Below, piece after piece: positions 23,415 through 30,786 of a stretch of 32,466 nt of DNA. Position 1 is the first letter of the stretch; each line of letters opens with the position of its first letter. The DNA is from a virus, in IMG/VR virus record IMGVR_UViG_3300049823_000224, positions 1 through 32,466 of that record; one strand, given 5' to 3'. A program made the position numbers and the translations under genes. The notes under the pieces are model-generated. The model was given only the letters and a program-made list of their open reading frames with translations, made no database searches and was not told the origin of the DNA.

Positions 23415-24074
23415 ATGGCAGACTTGAAGTTTAAGCTAACCAGTGAAACGAAAATAAATATATTTGGCTATAAGCTATTCCGTATTGAGGCGACCGCAAC
23501 TTTCAAAAATGGCGATCAGCAAATTACTGCCGGCCAAAAAGGCGGTTGGGTTGATACCGAAAGATTAGAAAACGGCGAGGCGCGGGTGTCCGGCAATGCG
23601 TGGGTGTCCGGCAATGCGCAGGTGTACGGCGAGGCGCAGGTGTACGGCGAGGCGCAGGTGTCCGGCAATGCGCAGGTGTACGGCGAGGCGCAGGTGTCCG
23701 GCAATGCGTGGGTGTCCGGCAATGCGCAGGTGTACGGCGAGGCGCAGGTGTACGGCGAGGCGCAGGTGTACGGCGAGGCGCAGGTGTCCGGCAATGCGCA
23801 GGTGTACGGCAATGCGCGGGTGTACGGCAATGCGTGGGTGTCCGCTAAAAAGAACTTCACCAAAGGCTGGTTTGTTGCTGCCGATGATGACGATGAGCCT
23901 AAAAAGCTCACAGTATTACATGGTGAAGTTGATGAGGACGAAGACAGTCCCTATTGGGCTAATACTTACGTTCTTGGCGACTATGAAATAACCGATATTG
24001 AGGCTACAGAAACCGATGACGAGCCCGACATTATTGAACATAACGGCAAGCGCTATAAGCGCATTGAGGAGTAA
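23415..24074 (+). CDS. Hexapeptide-repeat (beta-helix-like) protein with an acidic C-terminus
   Basis: 15 consecutive G[NE]A[QWR]V[SY] hexads after N-terminal ...KLFRIEA...GQKGGWVDTERLENG. Confidence 0.8.
   Translation: MADLKFKLTSETKINIFGYKLFRIEATATFKNGDQQITAGQKGGWVDTERLENGEARVSGNAWVSGNAQVYGEAQVYGEAQVSGNAQVYGEAQVSGNAWVSGNAQVYGEAQVYGEAQVYGEAQVSGNAQVYGNARVYGNAWVSAKKNFTKGWFVAADDDDEPKKLTVLHGEVDEDEDSPYWANTYVLGDYEITDIEATETDDEPDIIEHNGKRYKRIEE
23574..23843 (+). repeat. Tandem 18-bp repeat x15 (GGC[GA]A[GT]GCG[CT][AG]GGTGT[AC]C)
   Basis: Units are near-identical at the nucleotide level; the repeat is stop-free in several frames (track ORFs 23516..23911-, 23596..23991+, 23600..23848+). Confidence 0.95.
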
Positions 24075-24076
24075 AT

Positions 24077-24454
24077 ATGTCAATATTCAATAGAAAAAAA
24101 CGCGTAATAGGCACCTACATGGGCGAGCCGGTCAAAGACGAAAGTATCGGCGTTGACTATGAGGAAGTGCTAAGTTTTCTGGCAAGCGTAAACCAGGCCG
24201 ACTTTGATAAAATCATAAAGGTAGCCCGGATTTACCGGGACGCCGATATAGCGGTCGCCAAGGTTACGGGTCTAAAGACCGAGCAAGTACCGTCAATATT
24301 TGAAACCAACAAAATTACCGACCACAAGCACGCCGAAAAGGTAGCCAAGTCGCTGTTGGACGAGGACGACGAGCTAGAGGCAGCATTTTTAGATGATGAC
24401 GAACCAGTACCACCTAACAAATCTAAAGCCGGCAAGGGCAATAAGGCGGGTTAA
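24077..24454 (+). CDS. Hypothetical protein with an acidic C-terminus (125 aa)
   Basis: GAGGAG RBS 7 nt upstream. Confidence 0.6.
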   Translation: MSIFNRKKRVIGTYMGEPVKDESIGVDYEEVLSFLASVNQADFDKIIKVARIYRDADIAVAKVTGLKTEQVPSIFETNKITDHKHAEKVAKSLLDEDDELEAAFLDDDEPVPPNKSKAGKGNKAG

Positions 24455-24457
24455 TAA

Positions 24458-24913
24458 ATGGCGCCAGTACCTACAGCACCGCCGCAACCTACGCCGACAA
24501 CTAAACCAGTTGACCGATCCGTTGATGTTGATAAGAGCCACCAAATACACGGCCAAGGGCGCCAGAAAATGCAAAAAATCCATATAGCCTACGACATTGA
24601 CGGCACCCTGCGGGCTAACCGCGAGGAGCGCCACCGCACAGAGATTGAGGCTAACCCGCGCATTGTGGAGTTGCTGAAAGCCAACGCCAACAGCAAGAAC
24701 GTTGTCACGCACCTATGGTCCAACCGCGGCGCCGACTATTGCCGGGTGATCCGCGAGCATTTGGGCCTAGAGCGATTTGTCAAACCAAACAACTGCCACC
24801 AGAAAGTGTGGCTGCGCGACTGGAAACCGGGCGAGTTTTGGCCCGACATAGCATATGACGATCAACAGCGCTTTGACGGCGCCGATAAAGTAATAGTAGT
24901 GAGGGAAAAATAA
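24458..24913 (+). CDS. HAD-superfamily phosphatase-like protein (alternative start near 24566)
   Basis: IAYDIDGTL = HAD motif I (DxDxT); Pro/Thr-rich 36-aa N-terminal extension. Confidence 0.6.
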   Translation: MAPVPTAPPQPTPTTKPVDRSVDVDKSHQIHGQGRQKMQKIHIAYDIDGTLRANREERHRTEIEANPRIVELLKANANSKNVVTHLWSNRGADYCRVIREHLGLERFVKPNNCHQKVWLRDWKPGEFWPDIAYDDQQRFDGADKVIVVREK

Positions 24914-24915
24914 CT

Positions 24916-25209
24916 ATGAGTACGGAACTAGAAAAATACGTCTTAGAGGCATTTGGGGAGGTTGCGTCGTTATTTATGAGCCAACCCACCAAAGGTACAC
25001 AAATAGAAATGCCAAGCCGAGAATTACAAGATATTGCAAGTAAGTTAGTGCCAAAAATACAAGGCTTATACGAACAGCCGTTTTTGGGTTATGCCACGAC
25101 ACGCGAGCTATTAGCTGAAATATCGGCGCGCATAGAAACCCGCAGCGGCGGCCTAGACTATAGCACAGTAAAAGGTGATAGCCATGACCTACAAATACCT
25201 AATCATTAG
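24916..25209 (+). CDS. Hypothetical protein (97 aa)
   Basis: ORF track; GAGGGAAA RBS. Confidence 0.55.
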   Translation: MSTELEKYVLEAFGEVASLFMSQPTKGTQIEMPSRELQDIASKLVPKIQGLYEQPFLGYATTRELLAEISARIETRSGGLDYSTVKGDSHDLQIPNH

Positions 25210-25372
25210 CCCGGTGCCGACCGTATGGGGCAAAAACAAACTGGATAAAGGATATTTTGTTAGTGCGGTCCAGCGCGGCGATCTGATTATTGATACCGAG
25301 GCCAACACCTACTTTGACAAAGACAGCAATAGCTGGAAACCGCTAAAGGGGGACGTAGACAATGACTTGTAA
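25184..25372 (+). CDS. Hypothetical protein (62 aa)
   Basis: Track start 25175 is a GTG; ATG 25184 follows AAAGGTG. Confidence 0.5.
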   Translation: MTYKYLIISPVPTVWGKNKLDKGYFVSAVQRGDLIIDTEANTYFDKDSNSWKPLKGDVDNDL

Positions 25373-25559
25373 AACCGGCCGCCTGGTAGGCAAAGTAACT
25401 TGGTCGCGGGCCGACGGTAGCATAACGGTATGGGTCAAAGTCATGGGTAAATACTACCCGGCCACCGGGCTTAACGCCGAACTTTTTGAGAGCTATTTAC
25501 AGACCGGCGATAAAACGCACCTGGAACAATTAACTAACGAACGGAGTACACAATCATGA
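25362..25559 (+). CDS. Hypothetical protein (65 aa)
   Basis: ORF track; overlaps neighbours. Confidence 0.5.
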   Translation: MTCKTGRLVGKVTWSRADGSITVWVKVMGKYYPATGLNAELFESYLQTGDKTHLEQLTNERSTQS

Positions 25560-25666
25560 AAAACGCACTTACAGCAATCACCACCGGCATAGTTATGCTT
25601 TGCATAGTAGCCGTAATAATAGCCATAACCTTGCGGATCATTGGCTGGATTTTGGGGGGACTATGA
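25556..25666 (+). CDS. Single-TM micro-protein (36 aa)
   Basis: ATGA overlaps at both ends; MKNALTAITTGIVMLCIVAVIIAITLRIIGWILGGL. Confidence 0.5.
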   Translation: MKNALTAITTGIVMLCIVAVIIAITLRIIGWILGGL

Positions 25667-26046
25667 AAAAGCGATTTATAGCCGTTTTAAGCGTGGCAAT
25701 TCTGATAGTAGGTCTTACTGCCAGTACGCCAGGTCTATTGCGCCCACGGGCCGTCAGCGCGGCCGAGAGCGATAAAAACGCCACAGGGTGCATTGGCAAC
25801 GAAACGACAGGCCGGTGCGCTGACAAATGCCCAGCTAACACAGACCAAGGCACATACTCATTGCAGGGCTACGATAAAGATACTGGCGCCGCCGTGTGCC
25901 AGTTTGAGTATTACCACGCTTGCCCTTTTGCTGATAGTCAGCCCGCGGACGGTCCAGTATGTGCCAAACTACAGGCCCAGCAACATACCGCCGACCAAAC
26001 ACCAGCACAAACACCAACAGACCCTAATTATTTCGGAGGCAAATAA
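25663..26046 (+). CDS. Secreted Cys-rich protein (signal peptide plus 6 Cys)
   Basis: MKKRFIAVLSVAILIVGLTAS...AVSA|AE; then C..C...C......C.......C............C. Confidence 0.65.
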   Translation: MKKRFIAVLSVAILIVGLTASTPGLLRPRAVSAAESDKNATGCIGNETTGRCADKCPANTDQGTYSLQGYDKDTGAAVCQFEYYHACPFADSQPADGPVCAKLQAQQHTADQTPAQTPTDPNYFGGK

Positions 26047-26047
26047 T

Positions 26048-26542
26048 ATGCCCGGCAAAATATCCAACTATCCCAGCGACGACGCATGGCGCCAACGGGC
26101 CCACGAGATAATAACCAAGATCGCAAAAAGCAATTCTATCGTCGTAAGCGATATGGTTGTCACCGAACTGGAAAAAGCCGGGCTGGGCCTAAACAACTAT
26201 AGTAAGCTAGGCGGGGTATTTACCCGCGCGGCTAAAGAGGGCTTAATTCAAAAGACCGACATTACCCAGCAAAGCACCCGCAAAAAATCCAAGAGCGCCA
26301 AGACCATATGGCGCAGCCTGGTCTATGTAGATGAGGGCGCCAGCGCCGAACAGAACACACTAAGCGCCCTGCTAATCGCCGCCCTGGACTTTAACGCTGA
26401 AACCATACGGCTTGCCAGCACGGTTTACGCCGGCGGCCAGCTAACCCAAGAAAGCTACATGGCAGCGATCCAGCAATTTAACGCTATCAGCGACAAATAT
26501 CAATCAAGGCAAGCTAAAGTAATGGGGGAAGTGACAAAATGA
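26048..26542 (+). CDS. Hypothetical protein (164 aa)
   Basis: ORF 25793..26542 trimmed to the ATG 1 nt after the upstream stop. Confidence 0.6.
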   Translation: MPGKISNYPSDDAWRQRAHEIITKIAKSNSIVVSDMVVTELEKAGLGLNNYSKLGGVFTRAAKEGLIQKTDITQQSTRKKSKSAKTIWRSLVYVDEGASAEQNTLSALLIAALDFNAETIRLASTVYAGGQLTQESYMAAIQQFNAISDKYQSRQAKVMGEVTK

Positions 26543-27000
26543 GCCGGGCAATAAAGTTTAGGACATGGGATAAACAAAACGACTGTTGGTTTCAGCCGAC
26601 CTACGAGGCATACAAGGGCAACCTTGAGGAACTTTTAATCAGTCCCAATGGCCGGGTGGCGTTGCGCACAACCCGCGGCATGGCCGACGAAAGCACCTTT
26701 CCAGGCCGCTTTGTTTTAATGCAATTCACCAACCTAACCGACCATGCCGGCACCGAGATTTACGACAAAGACATAGTCAGGTACACCAACAAGCGCCCCG
26801 GCAATAAGTGGCGCCGATCGCATGGCGACCGCGACTACAACGATATGATTGTTAGTTGGAACGCTAAAAAGGGTGGGTGGTATCTATTTTGGAAACACCA
26901 GGCCACTGGCGAACTGTGCTATATGAGCCTGGCCAAGGCGCTGGACGCCAATCATAAAGTCGTAGGCAACGTTTACGAGAACCCGGAGCTGGCCAAATGA
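26539..27000 (+). CDS. YopX-family protein
   Basis: IKFRTWDK...FTNLTDHAGTEIYDKDIV...VVGNVYENPEL. Confidence 0.7.
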   Translation: MSRAIKFRTWDKQNDCWFQPTYEAYKGNLEELLISPNGRVALRTTRGMADESTFPGRFVLMQFTNLTDHAGTEIYDKDIVRYTNKRPGNKWRRSHGDRDYNDMIVSWNAKKGGWYLFWKHQATGELCYMSLAKALDANHKVVGNVYENPELAK

Positions 27001-27191
27001 AAATGCTAAAGATAGTCTACACTTGCCCCGTAGGTGATTGTATTGTGGAGTTAATCCGCGAATATGATCGCGGCATATTAACCGAGCCTGGACTAATTCG
27101 CAACGCCAAAAGTGATATGCGTACGCTTTTAGCAACGGCTCATAAATCTGGTCAACACGACGAACATATGAAACGGGTTAGAAATGACTAA
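26997..27191 (+). CDS. Hypothetical protein (64 aa)
   Basis: ATGA overlap. Confidence 0.5.
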   Translation: MKMLKIVYTCPVGDCIVELIREYDRGILTEPGLIRNAKSDMRTLLATAHKSGQHDEHMKRVRND

Positions 27192-27405
27192 CTTAGCCAG
27201 CGACCTAGAGTGCGGATTTTTCGCGGTCAACGGCAAACACTGTGTCATAGGTGATCATTGCGTAGTATGCCGGGCGCCGGCGCCGCGGGAGCTTACAAAG
27301 GGCGAGGAAATAACATTTAGCGGTTTCGGTGAGGCACTAGACAACTACACATGGCGTATTGTCGGCGTCTTTGACGGAGCTATAAAATTGGAGTTGGTAA
27401 AATGA
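27184..27405 (+). CDS. Hypothetical Cys-containing protein (73 aa)
   Basis: ORF track; coupled to neighbours. Confidence 0.5.
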   Translation: MTNLASDLECGFFAVNGKHCVIGDHCVVCRAPAPRELTKGEEITFSGFGEALDNYTWRIVGVFDGAIKLELVK

Positions 27406-27533
27406 GCGACGAGGTTAGATTTATTATTTTGAGCGTAATTTTATTTGCGGCTTGGTATTTTTTGCCAGAGTTAGGCAAGGCCATATTATTTGGATCAGTA
27501 GTTGCTGCAATCGCAATAGGTGACGAAAAATGA
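27402..27533 (+). CDS. Two-TM micro-protein (43 aa)
   Basis: ATGA overlaps at both ends; MSDEVRFIILSVILFAAWYFLPELGKAILFGSVVAAIAIGDEK. Confidence 0.45.
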   Translation: MSDEVRFIILSVILFAAWYFLPELGKAILFGSVVAAIAIGDEK

Positions 27534-28207
27534 TAGACCTAGAGCAAGCCCAAAAGCTGGAAAAAGAGGCTCAAAACAACAACGGCCACTGTAGTAATTG
27601 CGGTCAGACAATCAAGATTTACCGATACGGCATAAGCACATCTATGGTCCAGGTACTCAAAGCCATGGCCAAGGCCACCCAGCACCCCGGACAGGCCATT
27701 GACGCCGATAAGCTCAACCTAAAGCACAGCGAGCGCACACAGCTTACTAAAATGCGCTTTCACGGCCTTATAGCCAAGGTCAAGCACGACGGGCGCCAGG
27801 TGCCGCGTAACTGGGTAATAACGACCAAGGGCTGGAAGTTTCTAGGTAATAAACCGGTCCAGGCGAAAGTCATAATCTACGAAAACCAAGTATTGGGCCA
27901 CGACGGCGGCGAAACTACCATACGCCGCATAGCGGGCCTTGCCGGCGACTTTGAGCAAGAGGCTGTTAGCGAGCCAGAGGCGCGGGCTTACAGCGATGTA
28001 CGCACTCCACGCAGCCAGCAGACCATTACAGCCACATACCGCGGCTATATGCGCCCAAATCTCGGTCAGACCGGCATACCCCAAACTCTAGCTGTGGATC
28101 GCCTACAAGTCGGCCACCCCGTAATGGTTACTGTCGTAGATACTGGCGATAAGATAGAATACAAGGACATTGCCGCATTTAAGCGGGATTGGCGGGTAGA
28201 GGCATGA
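27530..28207 (+). CDS. Zn-ribbon plus winged-helix-like putative DNA-binding protein (225 aa)
   Basis: CSNCGQ...; LTKMRFHGLIAKVK...NWVITTKGWKFLGNK. Confidence 0.5.
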   Translation: MIDLEQAQKLEKEAQNNNGHCSNCGQTIKIYRYGISTSMVQVLKAMAKATQHPGQAIDADKLNLKHSERTQLTKMRFHGLIAKVKHDGRQVPRNWVITTKGWKFLGNKPVQAKVIIYENQVLGHDGGETTIRRIAGLAGDFEQEAVSEPEARAYSDVRTPRSQQTITATYRGYMRPNLGQTGIPQTLAVDRLQVGHPVMVTVVDTGDKIEYKDIAAFKRDWRVEA

Positions 28208-28395
28208 ACCAGCAACGCGAAATTGAGCGCTTGAAAGCCAAGCTAGCCGAGCGGGGCATAGATATGCCGACATTATTTATGACACCCTACGGCTACAAAC
28301 GGGCCCGGTGCTTTTGCGGCGCCGAAACACTAATCAGAGGCTATACGCAACATTATAGCTGGGCGCACTCAAGCGCCAGAAAGGGTAGAAAATGA
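28204..28395 (+). CDS. Hypothetical protein (63 aa)
   Basis: ATGA overlap. Confidence 0.5.
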   Translation: MNQQREIERLKAKLAERGIDMPTLFMTPYGYKRARCFCGAETLIRGYTQHYSWAHSSARKGRK

Positions 28396-28568
28396 CTAAC
28401 CAACATAGACGCCCATTTGGCTTTGTGCATGATATAAGTCAGATTTATTTCAGGTTTCACGGCCAGCAATGGTTTTACCCAAATCCAGGCTATTCTCGCG
28501 GCATGGTCAAGAGAACCGGCTATAAGTTTGACGGGCAAATATTTCACAGAATTGCTGGTAGTAAATGA
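28392..28568 (+). CDS. Hypothetical protein (58 aa; below the track cut-off)
   Basis: ATGA overlaps at both ends; MTNQHRRPFGFVHDISQIYFRFHGQQWFYPNPGY... Confidence 0.45.
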   Translation: MTNQHRRPFGFVHDISQIYFRFHGQQWFYPNPGYSRGMVKRTGYKFDGQIFHRIAGSK

Positions 28569-28948
28569 TTAACGAACCACAAACCATTGATCTGCAATAT
28601 GCCGGCAAGCGTCACTTTTTCCGCGTCTACCGCTTTACCACCGACCAAGAGCTTATAGACGCCATGCATGCCGACAAAATCACCGACCCGGACGCCTACC
28701 AAAAAGACATTTTAGCCTATACCGACAATTACCCGACCGGCGAGGAGTGCGGCCGTATGTACTTGCTGGATAAAAGCGTCAATACGCTGGCCCACGAGGC
28801 GGTCCACATAGCGAACGGCATACTTGCCCGCCATGGCTACAAATCACTTGAATCAACAACCGATAAGGCGCCACAGCTAGAGGAGGATTTTTGCGATTTA
28901 GTAGGCACGATAACTAGCGAGCTGTATAGTAAAAGTAAGCATTTTTAA
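28565..28948 (+). CDS. Small HExxH putative metallopeptidase (127 aa)
   Basis: NTLAHEAVHIANGIL. Confidence 0.5.
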   Translation: MINEPQTIDLQYAGKRHFFRVYRFTTDQELIDAMHADKITDPDAYQKDILAYTDNYPTGEECGRMYLLDKSVNTLAHEAVHIANGILARHGYKSLESTTDKAPQLEEDFCDLVGTITSELYSKSKHF

Positions 28949-28956
28949 GGGGGAAT

Positions 28957-29310
28957 ATGAACGCAACCACATACAGAAAAAACCGCGAGGCCGGCAAACG
29001 GGGCCAAGGCGAAAAAGCAAAGCCTAAAATCATCAAAAAAGGCGAGCCTATAGAATACACTAACCGTGAGGGCCAAAAGGCCGAATATCCCAACGCCCGC
29101 GGCCAGCACATGATCCGCATTGACGGCAAACTTCGTATAGTCAACCGCCAAGACGCCCGCCGCAAGCAGCGGAGCAATCCAGCCACTAAGAAAAACTACC
29201 CGTTTCAACATCACGCCTATGGCTTTAGCCACCCAGTAGACGAACGCGCCAAAAACGCATATCCACATAAATTAAAAAATGCCGAAAGGAGGCAACATGC
29301 AAAAGCGTAA
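28957..29310 (+). CDS. Highly basic hypothetical protein (117 aa)
   Basis: AAGGGGG RBS; K/R-rich throughout. Confidence 0.5.
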   Translation: MNATTYRKNREAGKRGQGEKAKPKIIKKGEPIEYTNREGQKAEYPNARGQHMIRIDGKLRIVNRQDARRKQRSNPATKKNYPFQHHAYGFSHPVDERAKNAYPHKLKNAERRQHAKA

Positions 29311-29623
29311 ATATCTGATAATAGCGTTAATCGGCCTGGCGATTAACTTTATAGAAACCGGCCTTTTTGGCTGGCATTGGAAAGCTCAAAGCGGCGCCGA
29401 GCATTACTGGGACGTTTTCAGCGCCATATTGATTGCTTGGGGTGTTATAGGCGACATTTTAAGCAATGTGCAAATACACAAGCACTATAACGACACCAGC
29501 ACTACCAACATCACCACCAAAACCGTTAAAGTTGGCGGCAAGCCAGTAGTACACTACAACTTTGGCACTACCAAGCAGGAAACAGAGGCGTTACTAGCCG
29601 GCAAACCGAGCAAATCTAAATAG
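29297..29623 (+). CDS. Membrane protein (2 TM, 108 aa)
   Basis: AAAGGAGG before ATG 29297; its 3' end overlaps the integrase 3' end by 8 nt. Confidence 0.55.
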   Translation: MQKRKYLIIALIGLAINFIETGLFGWHWKAQSGAEHYWDVFSAILIAWGVIGDILSNVQIHKHYNDTSTTNITTKTVKVGGKPVVHYNFGTTKQETEALLAGKPSKSK

Positions 29624-30587
29624 CGCCAACTCGCCTAGATTTATGAAATTGCGCATGCACCTTTTTTAAGTGCGGGTCGGTAACGTGTGTATAAATCTGC
29701 GTGGTAGAAATATTGCTATGGCCAAGCATTACCTGGACTGACCGTAGATCGGCACCATTCATGAGCAAATCAGTGGCAAAGCTGTGTCGCAAAGTGTGCG
29801 GGCTGACATGCTTGCCAATACCGGCCAACCTAGCATATTTGGCAACCAACCGCTGGACACTCCGGGCGCTCAAGCGCATGTAATTACTATTGGCGGCCAC
29901 CCTTTTGGCACCAGCGTATCGTATAAACATCGGCTTAGCATTATCCTTGCGCTTATTAAGGTATTTTTTTATGTAGCGGGCCGCCTCGCGGCTCAAGAAT
30001 ATTGGCCGGTCTTTTTCGCCTTTACCGCGCACCGTAAACTCGCGCCGACGCAAATCTATTTGGTCGCGATCCAACTCCACCAATTCAGATACTCGTAAAC
30101 CGCTGGCAAATAGTAGCTCAATTATTGCCCGGTCGCGCAAACCAGTAATATTTGACGTTTCTGGTTGCGCTGTAAGCCTCTGCATATCTTCGGCAGTCAA
30201 AAACGTCACCTGTGGGCGTCGTACACGCGCCAGAGCCACGGCATTAGGCATTAAGGCGGGTATATTACGCTTGGCGCAGAAACTTAGAAATGAGCGCAAG
30301 GCTATAAGGTGGTAATTCTGCGTAGTTTTAGACAGGCCAATATCCAGCCGGTTGAGCCATAGCCGCCACTGGCGCACCAACTCCTCATTAATCTTAATCA
30401 CCTCAATATCACCGGCAAACTCGCCAAACCGCCCAAGCTGGTGCCGATAGCTGGCAATCGTGTGTGCCGACAGGTTTTGCTCAAGCTCTAAATATTCAAA
30501 ATATTGCCCTAATGCCTGGTCGTATCGCATGTGCTTATTATACAGCATATCTGACCCCTGTATCACGCTAGATATAGCGTAATTCAT
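29616..30587 (-). CDS. int: Tyrosine recombinase/integrase, XerC/XerD-like (alternative start 30548)
   Basis: LFASGLRVSEL, HTLRHSFATDLLMNGADLRSVQVMLGHSNISTTQIYTHV (R..HxxR..Y). Confidence 0.9.
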   Translation of the reverse strand: MNYAISSVIQGSDMLYNKHMRYDQALGQYFEYLELEQNLSAHTIASYRHQLGRFGEFAGDIEVIKINEELVRQWRLWLNRLDIGLSKTTQNYHLIALRSFLSFCAKRNIPALMPNAVALARVRRPQVTFLTAEDMQRLTAQPETSNITGLRDRAIIELLFASGLRVSELVELDRDQIDLRRREFTVRGKGEKDRPIFLSREAARYIKKYLNKRKDNAKPMFIRYAGAKRVAANSNYMRLSARSVQRLVAKYARLAGIGKHVSPHTLRHSFATDLLMNGADLRSVQVMLGHSNISTTQIYTHVTDPHLKKVHAQFHKSRRVGAI

Positions 30588-30636
30588 TTTATGCTTGGTA
30601 AAATTAGCGATTTACTTCTTAGCCGCGCGTCGCATA

Positions 30637-30642
30637 ATTATA
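30637..30642 (-). promoter_or_regulatory. Possible -10 (TATAAT on the minus strand) for the integrase
   Basis: Reverse complement of attata at 30637-30642. Confidence 0.3.
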
Positions 30643-30687
30643 CCTTACACGGCACGACCACAGTTAAACTACTGTTAGCAATGGACG

Positions 30688-30721
30688 CCAAAATAAAACC
30701 CGCTATAATAAAAAACGGGTT
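30688..30721 (-). terminator. Possible terminator at the end of the minus-strand GT/MT operon
   Basis: aacccg/cgggtt stem with a large 13-nt loop, followed on the minus strand by TTATTTT. Confidence 0.4.
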
Positions 30722-30786
30722 GAGTTTACGACCCGAAAGCGTCGGCCGGTAGTTTTTAGGCTACAATGCGGGCGCTTTTTGGTTGG

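Noticed and set aside
23574-23843. Possible CRISPR array
   Set aside because: The 18-bp units are directly adjacent with no spacers and lie in frame inside a protein-coding gene. No cas genes are present.
23516-23991. Alternative-frame and antisense ORFs across the 18-bp repeat (23516..23911 -, 23596..23991 +, 23600..23848 +)
   Set aside because: They are open only because the repeat unit lacks stop codons in those frames. Their translations are monotonous Arg/Cys/Ala repeats. The frame starting at 23415 has proper flanking domains and coupling.
30625-30650. dif-like XerCD site (CGCATAATTATAC resembles the GCGCATAA arm of dif)
   Set aside because: Only the left half is similar. There is no 6-bp spacer followed by a TTATG-type right arm. 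The sequence is better explained as the minus-strand TATAAT of the integrase promoter.
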